Assembly (NCBI GenBank): GCA_964230645.1
Contig: CAXRHT010000003.1
Coordinates: 64,001-128,000, forward strand
Source of the DNA: Bdellovibrionales bacterium
GTDB taxonomy: Bacteria > Bdellovibrionota > Bdellovibrionia > Bdellovibrionales > JAGQZY01
Length of the DNA stretch: 64,000 nt
Direction: 5' to 3'
In this document: positions 29,827 to 40,894 of the stretch, in pieces
How positions within the stretch are numbered: the first letter of the stretch is position 1
Layout of the letters: the number at the start of each line of letters is the position of its first letter
The notes under the pieces: generated by a model
What the model saw: only the letters and a program-made list of their open reading frames with translations
What the model was told of the DNA's origin: nothing
Databases searched by the model: none
Program-made: the position numbers and the translations under genes

Positions 29827-31413
29827 ATGAACAAATTTTTATTTGCACTCCTGGTACTGTCCTTAAGTTCTCCCTCACTAGGTTTCGATCGAAATAAGAC
29901 GATTCAAGAAATCATAAAAGGGATGTCTCCGGAGAAGAAGGCAGGACAGTTTTTTATTTTTGGCTTTACCGGATCCTCTTTTGATCAATCATTGAAACGG
30001 CAGCTTGAAGAATTGCATCCCGGTGCAATTATTGTATTTGGTCGTAATATAAAAACTCTCAACCAGGTTAAAGCTCTCAACCAAAAAGCCCAGAAGACTT
30101 CTCTTAAAAATACTAAGGTCCCATTACTTATAGCAGTGGACCAGGAGGGTGGAAAAGTTATCCGCATTAAAACCTCGCCTTCATTACCAAGTGCTAGAAC
30201 CTTAGCCCTTACCGACAATGAGTTTCTTGTTCAGGATGCTGGTTATGTAACAGGAGAATTATTGAAGTCGATTGGCTTTAATATGAATTTGGCTCCCGTG
30301 GTCGATATTTCTAATGCAAATTTTACTGATTTTCTTGGCAATCGATCCTTTAGCGATCAAAAAGAAATAGTAAACAAGATGTCCACAGCCTTTTCGAAAG
30401 GTTTGATTGATTCCGGCATCTTGCCAACAGCTAAACATTTTCCAGGACACGGGGGTGTGAGAACAGACTCTCATTTAAAAACACCCTATAAACAAATTAC
30501 TCTAACTGAATTGCTGTTTACGGATTTAGCCCCCTACAAAGAAATGCAAAACAATCGGATTCCCTTTGCGATTATGGCTTCCCATATTTCTTATCCACTG
30601 ATTGACGCTTCAAAAAAGCCCGCTAGTTTTTCATCTCTACTCCTAAAAAACGTGCTTAGGGATGGACTTGGTTTTGAAGGAATTCTATTAACAGATGATA
30701 TTCAAATGGGTGGTGCCAAAATGAACAAACTTTCTGTGGGAGAAAGAGCTGTACAAGCTATTCTCGCAGGAAATGATTTAGTGATGGTGGGTTGGAACCA
30801 CAGAGTTCAACAGCAAGCCGTAAAAGCGGTTACAAAAGCGATAAAGACAGGGCGGATTTCCTCTGCGAGGGTCAATGAAACTTTAGAAAGACTTTTTCGT
30901 TACAAAATGCAGTTCTACCATAAGCAGTCTAAAGAGCCTTTGAAACAAATTCTTGCACGTATCCCTTTAAAGAAAACTTACGATAAAATTTTTCATGCTG
31001 TTTTTAAAAATCAAACTCCAGAGCTTGGTCTTAAAGGAAAAAATGTCGATGTTTACAGTTATTCCTGGAAGTTTTTAACAGGATATAAAAAACAACAAAG
31101 AAGTCGTTTTTTTCATCTTAAAGATTTCAAGAATTGGAATCGGAGCAAAACGTCTGACTATATTGTTTATCACTTGAGCGGGCCTGTTACTGCTAAGATT
31201 TTAAGATCAGCTCCACACTCAATTAAAAAGAAAACTATCGTTGTAAACTCCAGCAGTGAGATTTTCTTAACAAACGATCAAATTTATAAAAAGATTATTA
31301 ATGTTCACTCCTATCATCCTAAGCTAGGAAATTTTGCAGCCTACCACTTAAAAACAAAGGATGAAGTGCAGCTAAAAAAGTTACGACAGCCGGCCAAAAA
31401 GTCCGATCTCTGA
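29827..31413 (+). CDS. nagZ: Secreted GH3 beta-N-acetylhexosaminidase (NagZ-like)
   Basis: Signal peptide, AVDQEGGKV, KHFPGHG..TDSH, ILLTDD. Confidence 0.85.
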   Translation: MNKFLFALLVLSLSSPSLGFDRNKTIQEIIKGMSPEKKAGQFFIFGFTGSSFDQSLKRQLEELHPGAIIVFGRNIKTLNQVKALNQKAQKTSLKNTKVPLLIAVDQEGGKVIRIKTSPSLPSARTLALTDNEFLVQDAGYVTGELLKSIGFNMNLAPVVDISNANFTDFLGNRSFSDQKEIVNKMSTAFSKGLIDSGILPTAKHFPGHGGVRTDSHLKTPYKQITLTELLFTDLAPYKEMQNNRIPFAIMASHISYPLIDASKKPASFSSLLLKNVLRDGLGFEGILLTDDIQMGGAKMNKLSVGERAVQAILAGNDLVMVGWNHRVQQQAVKAVTKAIKTGRISSARVNETLERLFRYKMQFYHKQSKEPLKQILARIPLKKTYDKIFHAVFKNQTPELGLKGKNVDVYSYSWKFLTGYKKQQRSRFFHLKDFKNWNRSKTSDYIVYHLSGPVTAKILRSAPHSIKKKTIVVNSSSEIFLTNDQIYKKIINVHSYHPKLGNFAAYHLKTKDEVQLKKLRQPAKKSDL

Positions 31414-31431
31414 AATCTTAACAAATACAAC

Positions 31432-31983
31432 TTAACTCGTTGATTGATCCGAAAGATTAAACTTCATTCTTAATGGAATCACCTTTATTTCTAAACCTTT
31501 ACTTGTTTCCTTAACTTCGGCCCATTTCTTTTTTTTCAAGAAAATCAATCCTCTATCGGATACTATTTCCCTAGGTTTTCCGCCCAATATTGTAGTTACA
31601 GTCCAGCTCGTTTTTCGGTTTTGGTAGATAAAAAACATTAGAGCTACGAGTTCTTCAATGGCTGGATCAAAGGGGACTTGGTTTTCTGATGAGGTTTTAA
31701 CAATATAGAAATTCTTAGTTTTAAAAAATTTCTCTTCCACAGGAAAACCTGAAATTTTGTAGGTGCCCGATTCCCAGTAGTTTTTCTCTTTGTTAAAGTG
31801 ACTTCTTGTTTCGACACTTCCATTTTTAGGCCCTACTCGTAAAACCCCTTTTGCAGTAATGATCCAGTCCTCATCTATTTTTTGTTTTTTAAGCAGGATG
31901 TCGGCTTTGTATAGTAGGTGGCTGGTTTTTAAACGGAGGACTTCCGGGGCTGTTTCTAAATAAGTACGACTAGGAATAGACAC
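31432..31983 (-). CDS. Hypothetical protein
   Basis: 183 aa basic ORF filling the gap between nagZ and atpC; no family recognised; start uncertain. Confidence 0.5.
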   Translation of the reverse strand: MSIPSRTYLETAPEVLRLKTSHLLYKADILLKKQKIDEDWIITAKGVLRVGPKNGSVETRSHFNKEKNYWESGTYKISGFPVEEKFFKTKNFYIVKTSSENQVPFDPAIEELVALMFFIYQNRKTSWTVTTILGGKPREIVSDRGLIFLKKKKWAEVKETSKGLEIKVIPLRMKFNLSDQSTS

Positions 31984-32321
31984 AACAAATACTTAACCTA
32001 AAATATAAGTAAATTCGAGGTTTTCTCGGCATCACAAAGTCGACAAATAAAATAAGTCTGAGAGTTAGAAATAAGAAAGCCAAACCAAATTTTATTACCT
32101 AAAACTCGGTTTGGCCTAAAGTTGTACATCACAGGATGTCGCTGACCACTAAAGTCTTTATGTCGTGCTTTCAAAATCAATGAAGATTCTGAATTGATGT
32201 CTTTCTACAAAAATGAATATGACTTAATTGCTTGTTTTGAGCAATGGAACAACCCTCTTAGGAAAGGATTTCAAAAGAGGGTATGGAAACAGCACAAAGA
32301 ACTTTTAAAAAATTAGGACTC

Positions 32322-32728
32322 TTAATATTTCTCTGCGACTTCTATTCTGGCTTCAGCACGTTTTCTTTTGTGCTGGTATTTTTCGATGGTTTCTGGAGTG
32401 GCCTCATCTGATTCAATGGATTTCTCAGCGTCTTGGAGTGATTTTTTAGCACGCTCTAAATCTATTTCAGTTTTGGCTTCCGCTGTTTCTGCAAGGATAT
32501 TAACCCCCTGGGGAGTCACTTCAACATAACCCCAAGAAATTGCGACAGCTTTTAACTCCGATTGATCTTTTAGGCGATATTTTAGTACCCCTTCTGTCAA
32601 AGTACTCACGAGTGGAGCATGACCAGGAAGGATATCTAATTCACCTCGGTAAGCAGGAACGAAAACCTCTTCCATTTCCTGCTTCTCGATGATCTTTTTT
32701 TCTGGTGTTACAATACTTAATTCAAACA

Positions 32729-32729
<1 letters not shown>
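32322..32729 (-). CDS. atpC: ATP synthase F1 epsilon subunit
   Basis: IVTPEK, GELDILPGHAPL; last gene of the F1 cluster. Confidence 0.95.
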
Positions 32730-34132
<1,403 letters not shown>

Positions 34133-34146
34133 TCAAGTTTCTCCTT

Positions 34147-35031
34147 TTAACCGTTTAGTGCTTCAGCACCAGTTGTAATTTCAATAAGTTCTTTTGTAAT
34201 CGATGCTTGTCTTAGTTTGTTGTATGTTGTCGTCAATGAGTTGATCAAATCACCGGCGTTGTTCGTGGAGTTCTCCATAGCAGTCATACGTGCTCCATGT
34301 TCAGAAGCAACGCTTTCAGACATACAACGATAAATTTGTACTGCGAAATGCTTTTCTAATAATTCATCAATAATTTCAGATGGACTAGGTTCGAAGATCA
34401 GATCTTTTGCGAATCTTTGTTCGTCTTGTTCATCAAAACTATTAGCTCCAGAAGCATCAACAGGGAGAAGTTTTTCAGCCACCACTTCTTGAGAGATCGC
34501 TGATTTAAATTCATTGTAAACGATCTGGATTTCTTCGTATTCTCCCTTTTTAAAAAGGGAGATAACCTGTTTAGCTACCTGAGCGGCTAACTCGTAAGAA
34601 ATGTCTTTATCTAGACCTGTTATACTATCGATAGGTTTAACATCTCGGCGCTTAAAGTAATCCAAAACACGTCGACCAATAAAGATGAAATCAAGCTTTT
34701 CATACTGACTTGACTTTTCTTTCATCAGATTTTCTGCAAATTTGTTAACCCCAGAATTGAAAGAGCCACAGAGACCGCGATCAGAGGCTATAACCACATA
34801 TAGCGCTGTCTTCGGGTTGTCGTTCTTTTCTAAAAGTTTGTGTTTAACTTTTTGTGTCTCGGAAATATCCGCAATCAAAGTTAATAAACTTTTTGCGTAA
34901 GGCCTTAAATTTACAATATTCTGTTGCGCTCGACGAAGCTTAGCCGCTGATACAAGCTTCAATGCGCTTGTAATCTTTTGGGTATTTTTAGTACTGTCGA
35001 TTCGACTACGAATATCTTTTAAATTTGGCAT
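34147..35031 (-). CDS. atpG: ATP synthase F1 gamma subunit
   Basis: DRGLCGSFN, YNKLRQASITKELIEI. Confidence 0.97.
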   Translation of the reverse strand: MPNLKDIRSRIDSTKNTQKITSALKLVSAAKLRRAQQNIVNLRPYAKSLLTLIADISETQKVKHKLLEKNDNPKTALYVVIASDRGLCGSFNSGVNKFAENLMKEKSSQYEKLDFIFIGRRVLDYFKRRDVKPIDSITGLDKDISYELAAQVAKQVISLFKKGEYEEIQIVYNEFKSAISQEVVAEKLLPVDASGANSFDEQDEQRFAKDLIFEPSPSEIIDELLEKHFAVQIYRCMSESVASEHGARMTAMENSTNNAGDLINSLTTTYNKLRQASITKELIEITTGAEALNG

Positions 35032-36558
35032 TTACTTTCCTGCTCCAGACTCAAATACCGCTTTAAATTCTTTGATCGCAGAATCAAGTTTCGATTTGAT
35101 TTCATCTGTTAGCTTTTTCTCTTTATTGATTCCATCGATGATGTCTTGATTCTTTTGTTTCAAAAATTGGATAAACTCTTTTTCGAAACGTTGCACATCA
35201 GAAACGGGAAGATCATCAACGGCTCCATTTGATGCCGCGTAAATTCCAACGATTTGTTCAGCCACTTCATAGGGAGAGTATTGTCCTTGTTTTAGAAGCT
35301 CAACCAGTCTCTCTCCACGTGCCAACTGTGCTTTTGAGGCAGGATCAAGATCCGAAGCAAAGGCGGCAAAGGCCTCTAGCTCCCTGTACTGTGCTAGAGC
35401 TAGTTTCAAAGTACCACCCACTTGTTTCATCGCCTTAATCTGAGCCGCACCACCCACACGAGAAACTGATTTACCAACATCAACCGCCGGACGAATTCCT
35501 TTATGGAAAAGATCGGCGATCAGGAATATCTGACCATCAGTGATCGAAATTACGTTCGTCGGGATATAGGCAGAAATATCTCCTGCCTGTGTCTCAATGA
35601 TTGGTAGGGCTGTTAGGGAACCGCCACCTTCTTCATCAGACATTTTTGCCGCACGCTCAAGCAAACGTGAGTGAACATAGAAAACATCTCCAGGGAAAGC
35701 CTCACGTCCTGGTGGTCTTCTAAGAAGAAGTGAGAGCTGACGATAGGCCTGAGCCTGTTTCGTCAAATCATCATAAATAATTAAGGCATGACGGCCACTG
35801 TCTCTAAAGTACTCGGCCATTGCTGTACCTGCATAAGGAGCAAGATACTGCATGGGAGCTGGAGCAGACGCTCCGGCTGCAATAATTGTCGTGTATTCAA
35901 GGGCTCCAGCCTCACGCAATTTTTCTACCACAAGAGCAATTGTTGATTGCTTCTGTCCGATTGCCACGTAAAAACACTGAACGTTTTTACCTTTTTGGTT
36001 AATGATCGTATCGATGGCGATGGCCGTTTTTCCTGTCTGTCTGTCACCAATAATCAACTCACGCTGTCCACGACCGATCGGAATCATTGAGTCGATGGCT
36101 TTAATACCAGTTTGTAGTGGCTCGTGAACGGGTTGTCTTGCAACAATTCCTGGAGCTTTAACGTCGATAACTCGTGTTTCTTTGCTTTCGATGGGGCCTT
36201 TCCCATCAACAGGGTTACCCAGTACATCGACAACTCGGCCAAGTAGGGATTCACCCACAGGAACCTCAACGATTGTTTGGGTTCTTTTTACAACGTCACC
36301 TTCTTTGATGTATTTATCTTCACCGAAAATAACCACACCAACTGAGTCTTGCTCAAGGTTTAGAACCATCCCAAAGATGTCTCCAGGAAACTCAACAAGT
36401 TCTCCCGCCATTGCCGATTGGAGACCATAGACTCGCGCCACACCATCTCCAACGGAGAGTACGGTACCAGTCTCTTTGACTTCTAGTTGTGTATTGTACT
36501 TTTCAATCTGTTCCTTAAGAATACGGCTTATTTCATCAGCTCGGATTTTAGTGGCCAT
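35032..36558 (-). CDS. atpA: ATP synthase F1 alpha subunit
   Basis: [23 protein letters not shown]. Confidence 0.98.
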   Translation of the reverse strand: MATKIRADEISRILKEQIEKYNTQLEVKETGTVLSVGDGVARVYGLQSAMAGELVEFPGDIFGMVLNLEQDSVGVVIFGEDKYIKEGDVVKRTQTIVEVPVGESLLGRVVDVLGNPVDGKGPIESKETRVIDVKAPGIVARQPVHEPLQTGIKAIDSMIPIGRGQRELIIGDRQTGKTAIAIDTIINQKGKNVQCFYVAIGQKQSTIALVVEKLREAGALEYTTIIAAGASAPAPMQYLAPYAGTAMAEYFRDSGRHALIIYDDLTKQAQAYRQLSLLLRRPPGREAFPGDVFYVHSRLLERAAKMSDEEGGGSLTALPIIETQAGDISAYIPTNVISITDGQIFLIADLFHKGIRPAVDVGKSVSRVGGAAQIKAMKQVGGTLKLALAQYRELEAFAAFASDLDPASKAQLARGERLVELLKQGQYSPYEVAEQIVGIYAASNGAVDDLPVSDVQRFEKEFIQFLKQKNQDIIDGINKEKKLTDEIKSKLDSAIKEFKAVFESGAGK

Positions 36559-37098
36559 TTACTGTACTCTCCTCGTTATAAAATCATTTAATTTTTGCAT
36601 ATGGGATTTAACACTGTCTTCAAAGATATAGCTTCCAACTTTCGCCTCAATTCCACCAATCATGTTGGCTTCAACGTTGAACTGTAGCTCGACCTTTTTT
36701 GATAATTTATTTTCAATAATCGATTGTATTCTTTCTTTCTCATCATCGTTAAGTTCCATTGCGGAACGAACGACTCCTCGCTCGATGCCCTGCTCATTGG
36801 CGACCTTTTCTTCAAGGCGAGCGACGATAAGTGGGAGGTCAGCAAGACGCCCGTTTTTAGAAAGTAGTTGGAAAAAAGTTTCTAACTCTTTTGTCATACC
36901 TTCAGAAAAGGCGTTCTTAATAATCGCTAACTTTTCATTATCATCTATGAGAGGTGCATTTAAGATTTCTAATATTTGTTTATTAGAGTTTAGAGACTCT
37001 TTTAGGGCAACGAGGGATTCCAGGTTTTGATCGATTTGATTTTTATCTTTCAAAACTTCAAAAAGAGCTGTCGAATATCTATCTGCCAATTGAGACAT
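36559..37098 (-). CDS. atpH: ATP synthase delta subunit
   Basis: ADRYSTALF, MIGGIEAKVGS; position upstream of atpA. Confidence 0.93.
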   Translation of the reverse strand: MSQLADRYSTALFEVLKDKNQIDQNLESLVALKESLNSNKQILEILNAPLIDDNEKLAIIKNAFSEGMTKELETFFQLLSKNGRLADLPLIVARLEEKVANEQGIERGVVRSAMELNDDEKERIQSIIENKLSKKVELQFNVEANMIGGIEAKVGSYIFEDSVKSHMQKLNDFITRRVQ

Positions 37099-37101
37099 AA
37101 C

Positions 37102-37662
37102 TTAGTGGGCTCCTTTTACATTTTGCACGAAATGACTATTCCAAGCCTTCTGCTGTTCTGGTGTCATCTTGGATTCAATATCTTTTTCAGCAATTTCAGC
37201 CGATTTTTCATAGACTTCTAAACGAAGCTTTTCGATTTCTCTTTGAGCTTCAAATTCTAATGAAGTCTGGGTAAGGTTTTTCATTCGCATTGCTTCGTTT
37301 TTAGCTTCTGCCAACTGAGTGCGATAGGACTCCTCAGCATTTTTCTTAGCTTCTTCAACTTGCTGGTCAAAGCTGGTCTCAAGTTTATCAACTCGAGCTT
37401 TTACCTCTTGAAGCTGGCTTTGAGCTTCTTTTTTGGAATTCGAGGCTGCTTCAACCTGATTGACAAATTCCGCTCTCTTATCCGCAAAATATTGGGATAT
37501 TTTTTTTCGTTGGGTAAAAAATAGAATAAGAATCAGAATAGTGAAGTTTGCAATTTGGGAAATGATCATGCCCCATGGGAGATGTATAATTCCGTGGGCC
37601 CCCTCTTCGGCAGCGAAGGCGTGAAAACTAAAGAATAAAATTAAAAACATAATCAAACGCAT
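37102..37662 (-). CDS. atpF: ATP synthase Fo subunit b (with signal-peptide-like extension)
   Basis: Hydrophobic N-terminus ending HAFA, QIANF TM segment, long coiled coil. Confidence 0.88.
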   Translation of the reverse strand: MRLIMFLILFFSFHAFAAEEGAHGIIHLPWGMIISQIANFTILILILFFTQRKKISQYFADKRAEFVNQVEAASNSKKEAQSQLQEVKARVDKLETSFDQQVEEAKKNAEESYRTQLAEAKNEAMRMKNLTQTSLEFEAQREIEKLRLEVYEKSAEIAEKDIESKMTPEQQKAWNSHFVQNVKGAH

Positions 37663-37675
37663 ATTGGGATCACTT

Positions 37676-38122
37676 TCACATTTTTACGAATTTAGATTGG
37701 ATATCTTTACTTATTTCCGGGATATGATCTTCGAGGTTTTTACGAGCTTCAGTGACCGAAGTCTCTAATTCTTTCCGGGCTTTTTCCGTTTCTTTCTCAG
37801 CTTCTTTCATTGCCTCTTTGATTATTTCTTCACTTTCTTTTTTTGCTTTTGAATTCTGTTCGCCAAATATTTCACTAATTTTTGAATTTAGTTTTTTAGC
37901 TTTTTCTGAATAAAGTTCCTCTTGCTTCTTAGCTTCCGCCGTGAGGTCTTCAGCCTCTTGCTGACTTCCGACTGTGCGACTCTGTCGTTCTTCGTAGGCT
38001 TTTAAATAAGGATTAAACACTATGAATTTCATACAGATAAAGGCAACAAAGAATATCCCAAATTGGATATAGACAGTGCTATTTATGCCAAGGGAACTCA
38101 AAATCTCAATGACTTGACTCAT
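37676..38122 (-). CDS. atpF: ATP synthase Fo subunit b'
   Basis: Single TM (IQFGIFF...FNPY..ER) plus coiled coil; first gene of the cluster. Confidence 0.85.
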   Translation of the reverse strand: MSQVIEILSSLGINSTVYIQFGIFFVAFICMKFIVFNPYLKAYEERQSRTVGSQQEAEDLTAEAKKQEELYSEKAKKLNSKISEIFGEQNSKAKKESEEIIKEAMKEAEKETEKARKELETSVTEARKNLEDHIPEISKDIQSKFVKM

Positions 38123-38296
38123 ACATACAACCGTTCTTTGGAAAATTTAGTATGATTTAAGCCCCTTAGTACGATGGGTCAAGTCTTTTACGATATTTGA
38201 TTTAGCCTTGAGGCGGATTTCCGAACTCTTTATTTGTCCCAGGTGAGTCTCTCTCATAAAGGAGGTCTTGAGAATTGAGACCCCCGAACAATTATA

Positions 38297-39322
38297 CTAA
38301 TGGTCTAACCAAGCATCTTTAATTCTCTCACAAATACTGGAGAGTTCTTCGTCATTATAAAATGAGATTTGAACTTGGCCTTTCCCTTTTTTGTACTTCA
38401 TTTTTACTTTAGTACCCATAACCTTTTGAAGTTCATCTGAGAGTTTATGGGCCATTTTTTCGCGAACCGATAGCTCTGAAGGGGCAGAAACACTAGGATT
38501 TTGAATTCTTTTTATTTCTTGCTCTAAAGCTCTGACGGAAAGTTTCTTCTGAACACATTTTCTACCGAGTTTTACCTGAAGTTTGTGGTCCTCTAGGCCC
38601 AGAAGGACTTTCGCGTGACCTAAACTTAAGAGACCTTGGCGAATCATCTGTTTAACATCCCGCGGCAAAGCTAGAATTCGTAAAGCATTTGTTATCGAAC
38701 TCCGGCTTCTACCCACCTTCTTAGCCAAATCCTGTTGGGAGAGACTGTATTCATCAATTAAAAACTGATAACCCATTGCTTCTTCGACTGGGTTAAGGTC
38801 CTCACGTTGCAAATTCTCAATCAACGCCAATTCCATGGACCTTTGATCATCCACATCTTTAATGACAGCCGGTATACCGTGAAGCCCTGCCATCTGACAG
38901 GCGCGCCAACGGCGCTCACCAGCGATGATCTCATATTTGTCTTTCAGCTTTCGAACCGTGATGGGTTGCAATACACCTTGCTCTTTTATGGACTGGGAAA
39001 GCTCTTCTAGAGGCTCTTTGTCAAAGTCCTTTCTTGGTTGGGTTTGATTAGGAATGACCTTTTCAATAGGAAGATTCCATATTCTACCGGAGGGGTCTTG
39101 ATTAGTCTGGGGCTCTGGGACGGGCGCTTTTTGACTTTGAGTGTGAGTTTTAGTTTCTTCTTGTTTTTTAGGCTCTTTTTCTGGTGACTCTTCCTTAGCC
39201 ACTTGCTTATTTTGAGTATTCTCCTCACCAAAATCATTCACATCTGTGGAGAGAAGGCTACCCAAACCTCGACCAAGGCGCTTTTTTTGGATATTCGCTT
39301 TTGACTTATCAGTATTGGGCAT
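38297..39322 (-). CDS. parB: Chromosome partitioning protein ParB
   Basis: LGRGL ParA-interaction motif, QPRK.F, IIAGERRWRA, ENLQREDL, HTH RSRSSITNALR. Confidence 0.97.
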   Translation of the reverse strand: MPNTDKSKANIQKKRLGRGLGSLLSTDVNDFGEENTQNKQVAKEESPEKEPKKQEETKTHTQSQKAPVPEPQTNQDPSGRIWNLPIEKVIPNQTQPRKDFDKEPLEELSQSIKEQGVLQPITVRKLKDKYEIIAGERRWRACQMAGLHGIPAVIKDVDDQRSMELALIENLQREDLNPVEEAMGYQFLIDEYSLSQQDLAKKVGRSRSSITNALRILALPRDVKQMIRQGLLSLGHAKVLLGLEDHKLQVKLGRKCVQKKLSVRALEQEIKRIQNPSVSAPSELSVREKMAHKLSDELQKVMGTKVKMKYKKGKGQVQISFYNDEELSSICERIKDAWLDH

Positions 39323-40133
39323 CTTGCCCTCCTTGGGTACTCATTTGCTCAGGCACGACTTGATTATCCTGATTCCTGTTAACAATTTCTTTAGCTAAAT
39401 CCATATATTTACGAGAACCTACAGACTTTTTGTCGTATTCAAAAATGGGTAGCCCGTGACTAGGCGCCTCACTAAGCCTGACATTGCGCGGTATAATCGA
39501 CTCGAAAACCTTGTCGTTGAAGTGACTACGTATCTCTCCAACCACCTGGTGGGAAAGATTATTACGACTATCGAACATGGTCAGTAAGATACCCTCGATT
39601 TTAAGACTCGGATTTAAGCTCTTTTTCACTAAGCCAGCCGTATTGAGGAGTTGGCTGAGCCCCTCTAGCGCATAATACTCACACTGTAGAGGTACAAGGA
39701 AGGAGTTTGCGCTTGTTAAGGCGTTTAGAGTGAGCAATCCCAAGGAGGGAGGGCAGTCTATAAAAATATAGTCAAATTGATCATTCACTTGTTCAAAAGC
39801 TTCTTTTAATCGAAACTCTCGTCGATGCTCATTTACTAGCTCAATTTCAGCACCTACAAGGTCAGCATTGGCCGGAATTATCGATAGATTCTCGAATTGT
39901 GTTTTATAAACGGTTTCTTTGATTGTTTTTTCAGCAATTAAGAGGTGATAAACGTTGGCTTCTTGATATTCATGCCTTTTTAGCCCTAATCCGCTGGATG
40001 CATTGCCCTGAGGATCCAGGTCAACGATGAGTACTCGCTTACCCAGACTAGCCAACGCGGCTGAAATGTTAACAGAGGATGTGGTCTTACCAACTCCTCC
40101 CTTTTGATTGACTACGCATATAGTTTTAGCCAT
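39309..40133 (-). CDS. parA: Chromosome partitioning ATPase ParA/Soj
   Basis: NQKGGVGKTT deviant Walker A, DLDPQGN, DCPPSLG, IPRNVRLSEAPSHG. Confidence 0.97.
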   Translation of the reverse strand: MAKTICVVNQKGGVGKTTSSVNISAALASLGKRVLIVDLDPQGNASSGLGLKRHEYQEANVYHLLIAEKTIKETVYKTQFENLSIIPANADLVGAEIELVNEHRREFRLKEAFEQVNDQFDYIFIDCPPSLGLLTLNALTSANSFLVPLQCEYYALEGLSQLLNTAGLVKKSLNPSLKIEGILLTMFDSRNNLSHQVVGEIRSHFNDKVFESIIPRNVRLSEAPSHGLPIFEYDKKSVGSRKYMDLAKEIVNRNQDNQVVPEQMSTQGGQDAQY

Positions 40134-40169
40134 GGAACCACCTTTTTTTAAAAAATAACTCTCGAACTA

Positions 40170-40197
40170 TAAACATTTCAAGTAAAAATGCCGATGT
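40170..40197 (+). promoter_or_regulatory. Putative sigma28-type promoter of the lipoprotein gene, overlapping parS
   Basis: TAAA-N16-GCCGATGT. Confidence 0.4.
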
Positions 40198-40210
40198 TCT
40201 ACGTGGAACA
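40195..40210. promoter_or_regulatory. parS: parS site (1 mismatch)
   Basis: TGTTCTACGTGGAACA versus TGTTCCACGTGGAACA; about 60 bp upstream of parA. Confidence 0.85.
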
Positions 40211-40662
40211 TGTTACTTTTTTTACGAAACCCTCTTATTTTACTTCTCTGCATCTTTTTATTCGGCTGCGAGTCTAAAAAATCTTACGATATAGATAGCG
40301 ATAAGGTTGTGGCGGATCTATCAACGAGGATAAACAGTCTTCAAGAAGATCTCAATACTCTTAATAAAGAGCTCGACGAAGTAAAAGTTGTTCTCAATGA
40401 CAAGGATATTGATTCGATTTTAAGAAAGAATATCCGGAAAGAGATTCATGAGGGGAAAAAATACAAGAAACTGATTCAACAGCACATTGATTATCTAAAA
40501 ATTCGGAGGAAGAAGAGATATCAATCACTATTAGACCGAAGAAAGTCTCCAGACTTTATTGAGCAGGCAGAACAAGAAACCAAGGCCTATTTCATGAATA
40601 AAAAGTTGAAACCGTTAGAGCGCCCATGGAAAGACCGCTACAAAACGGCTATTGAACTTTAA
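40210..40662 (+). CDS. Hypothetical coiled-coil lipoprotein
   Basis: 150 aa; lipobox LFGC, heptad LSTRINSLQEDLNTLNKELDEV. Confidence 0.7.
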   Translation: MLLFLRNPLILLLCIFLFGCESKKSYDIDSDKVVADLSTRINSLQEDLNTLNKELDEVKVVLNDKDIDSILRKNIRKEIHEGKKYKKLIQQHIDYLKIRRKKRYQSLLDRRKSPDFIEQAEQETKAYFMNKKLKPLERPWKDRYKTAIEL

Positions 40663-40681
40663 CCTCGTTGAATACTCACGA

Positions 40682-40697
40682 TGTTCCACGTGGAACA
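40682..40697. promoter_or_regulatory. parS: parS site (perfect palindrome)
   Basis: TGTTCCACGTGGAACA. Confidence 0.93.
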
Positions 40698-40808
40698 TTT
40701 TCATTTGAGTACTCATTTTCCTCCGTATACTCAAAACGAAACCACACCAGTTAGGAATGCCGGAAAAAAAACTTCTGGCCCTAGAAATTAATTAATTGGC
40801 TATTATTA

Positions 40809-40844
40809 TTTTATGGGGATGTGGGAATGGGTGTCCCCCATAAA
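40809..40844. repeat. Short inverted repeat between convergent genes
   Basis: TTTTATGGGGA...TCCCCATAAAA; no downstream U tract on either strand. Confidence 0.5.
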
Positions 40845-40894
40845 AGCTAGAGCCCCAAACATCTAATGAGTCCCTAGTCTCTCTGAATAGTCCT

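Noticed and set aside
32060..32160. c-di-GMP-I riboswitch
   Set aside because: GCCAAACC resembles the start of the motif, but the GAAA tetraloop and GACGCAAA elements are absent.
31998..32180. 60-aa ORF as a gene or frameshifted 5' part of the 183-aa ORF
   Set aside because: TTG start without SD, no recognisable features, and no evidence of a joined reading frame.
40809..40844. Intrinsic terminator between the lipoprotein gene and rsmG
   Set aside because: The stem is followed by A residues rather than a U tract on both strands; kept only as an inverted repeat.
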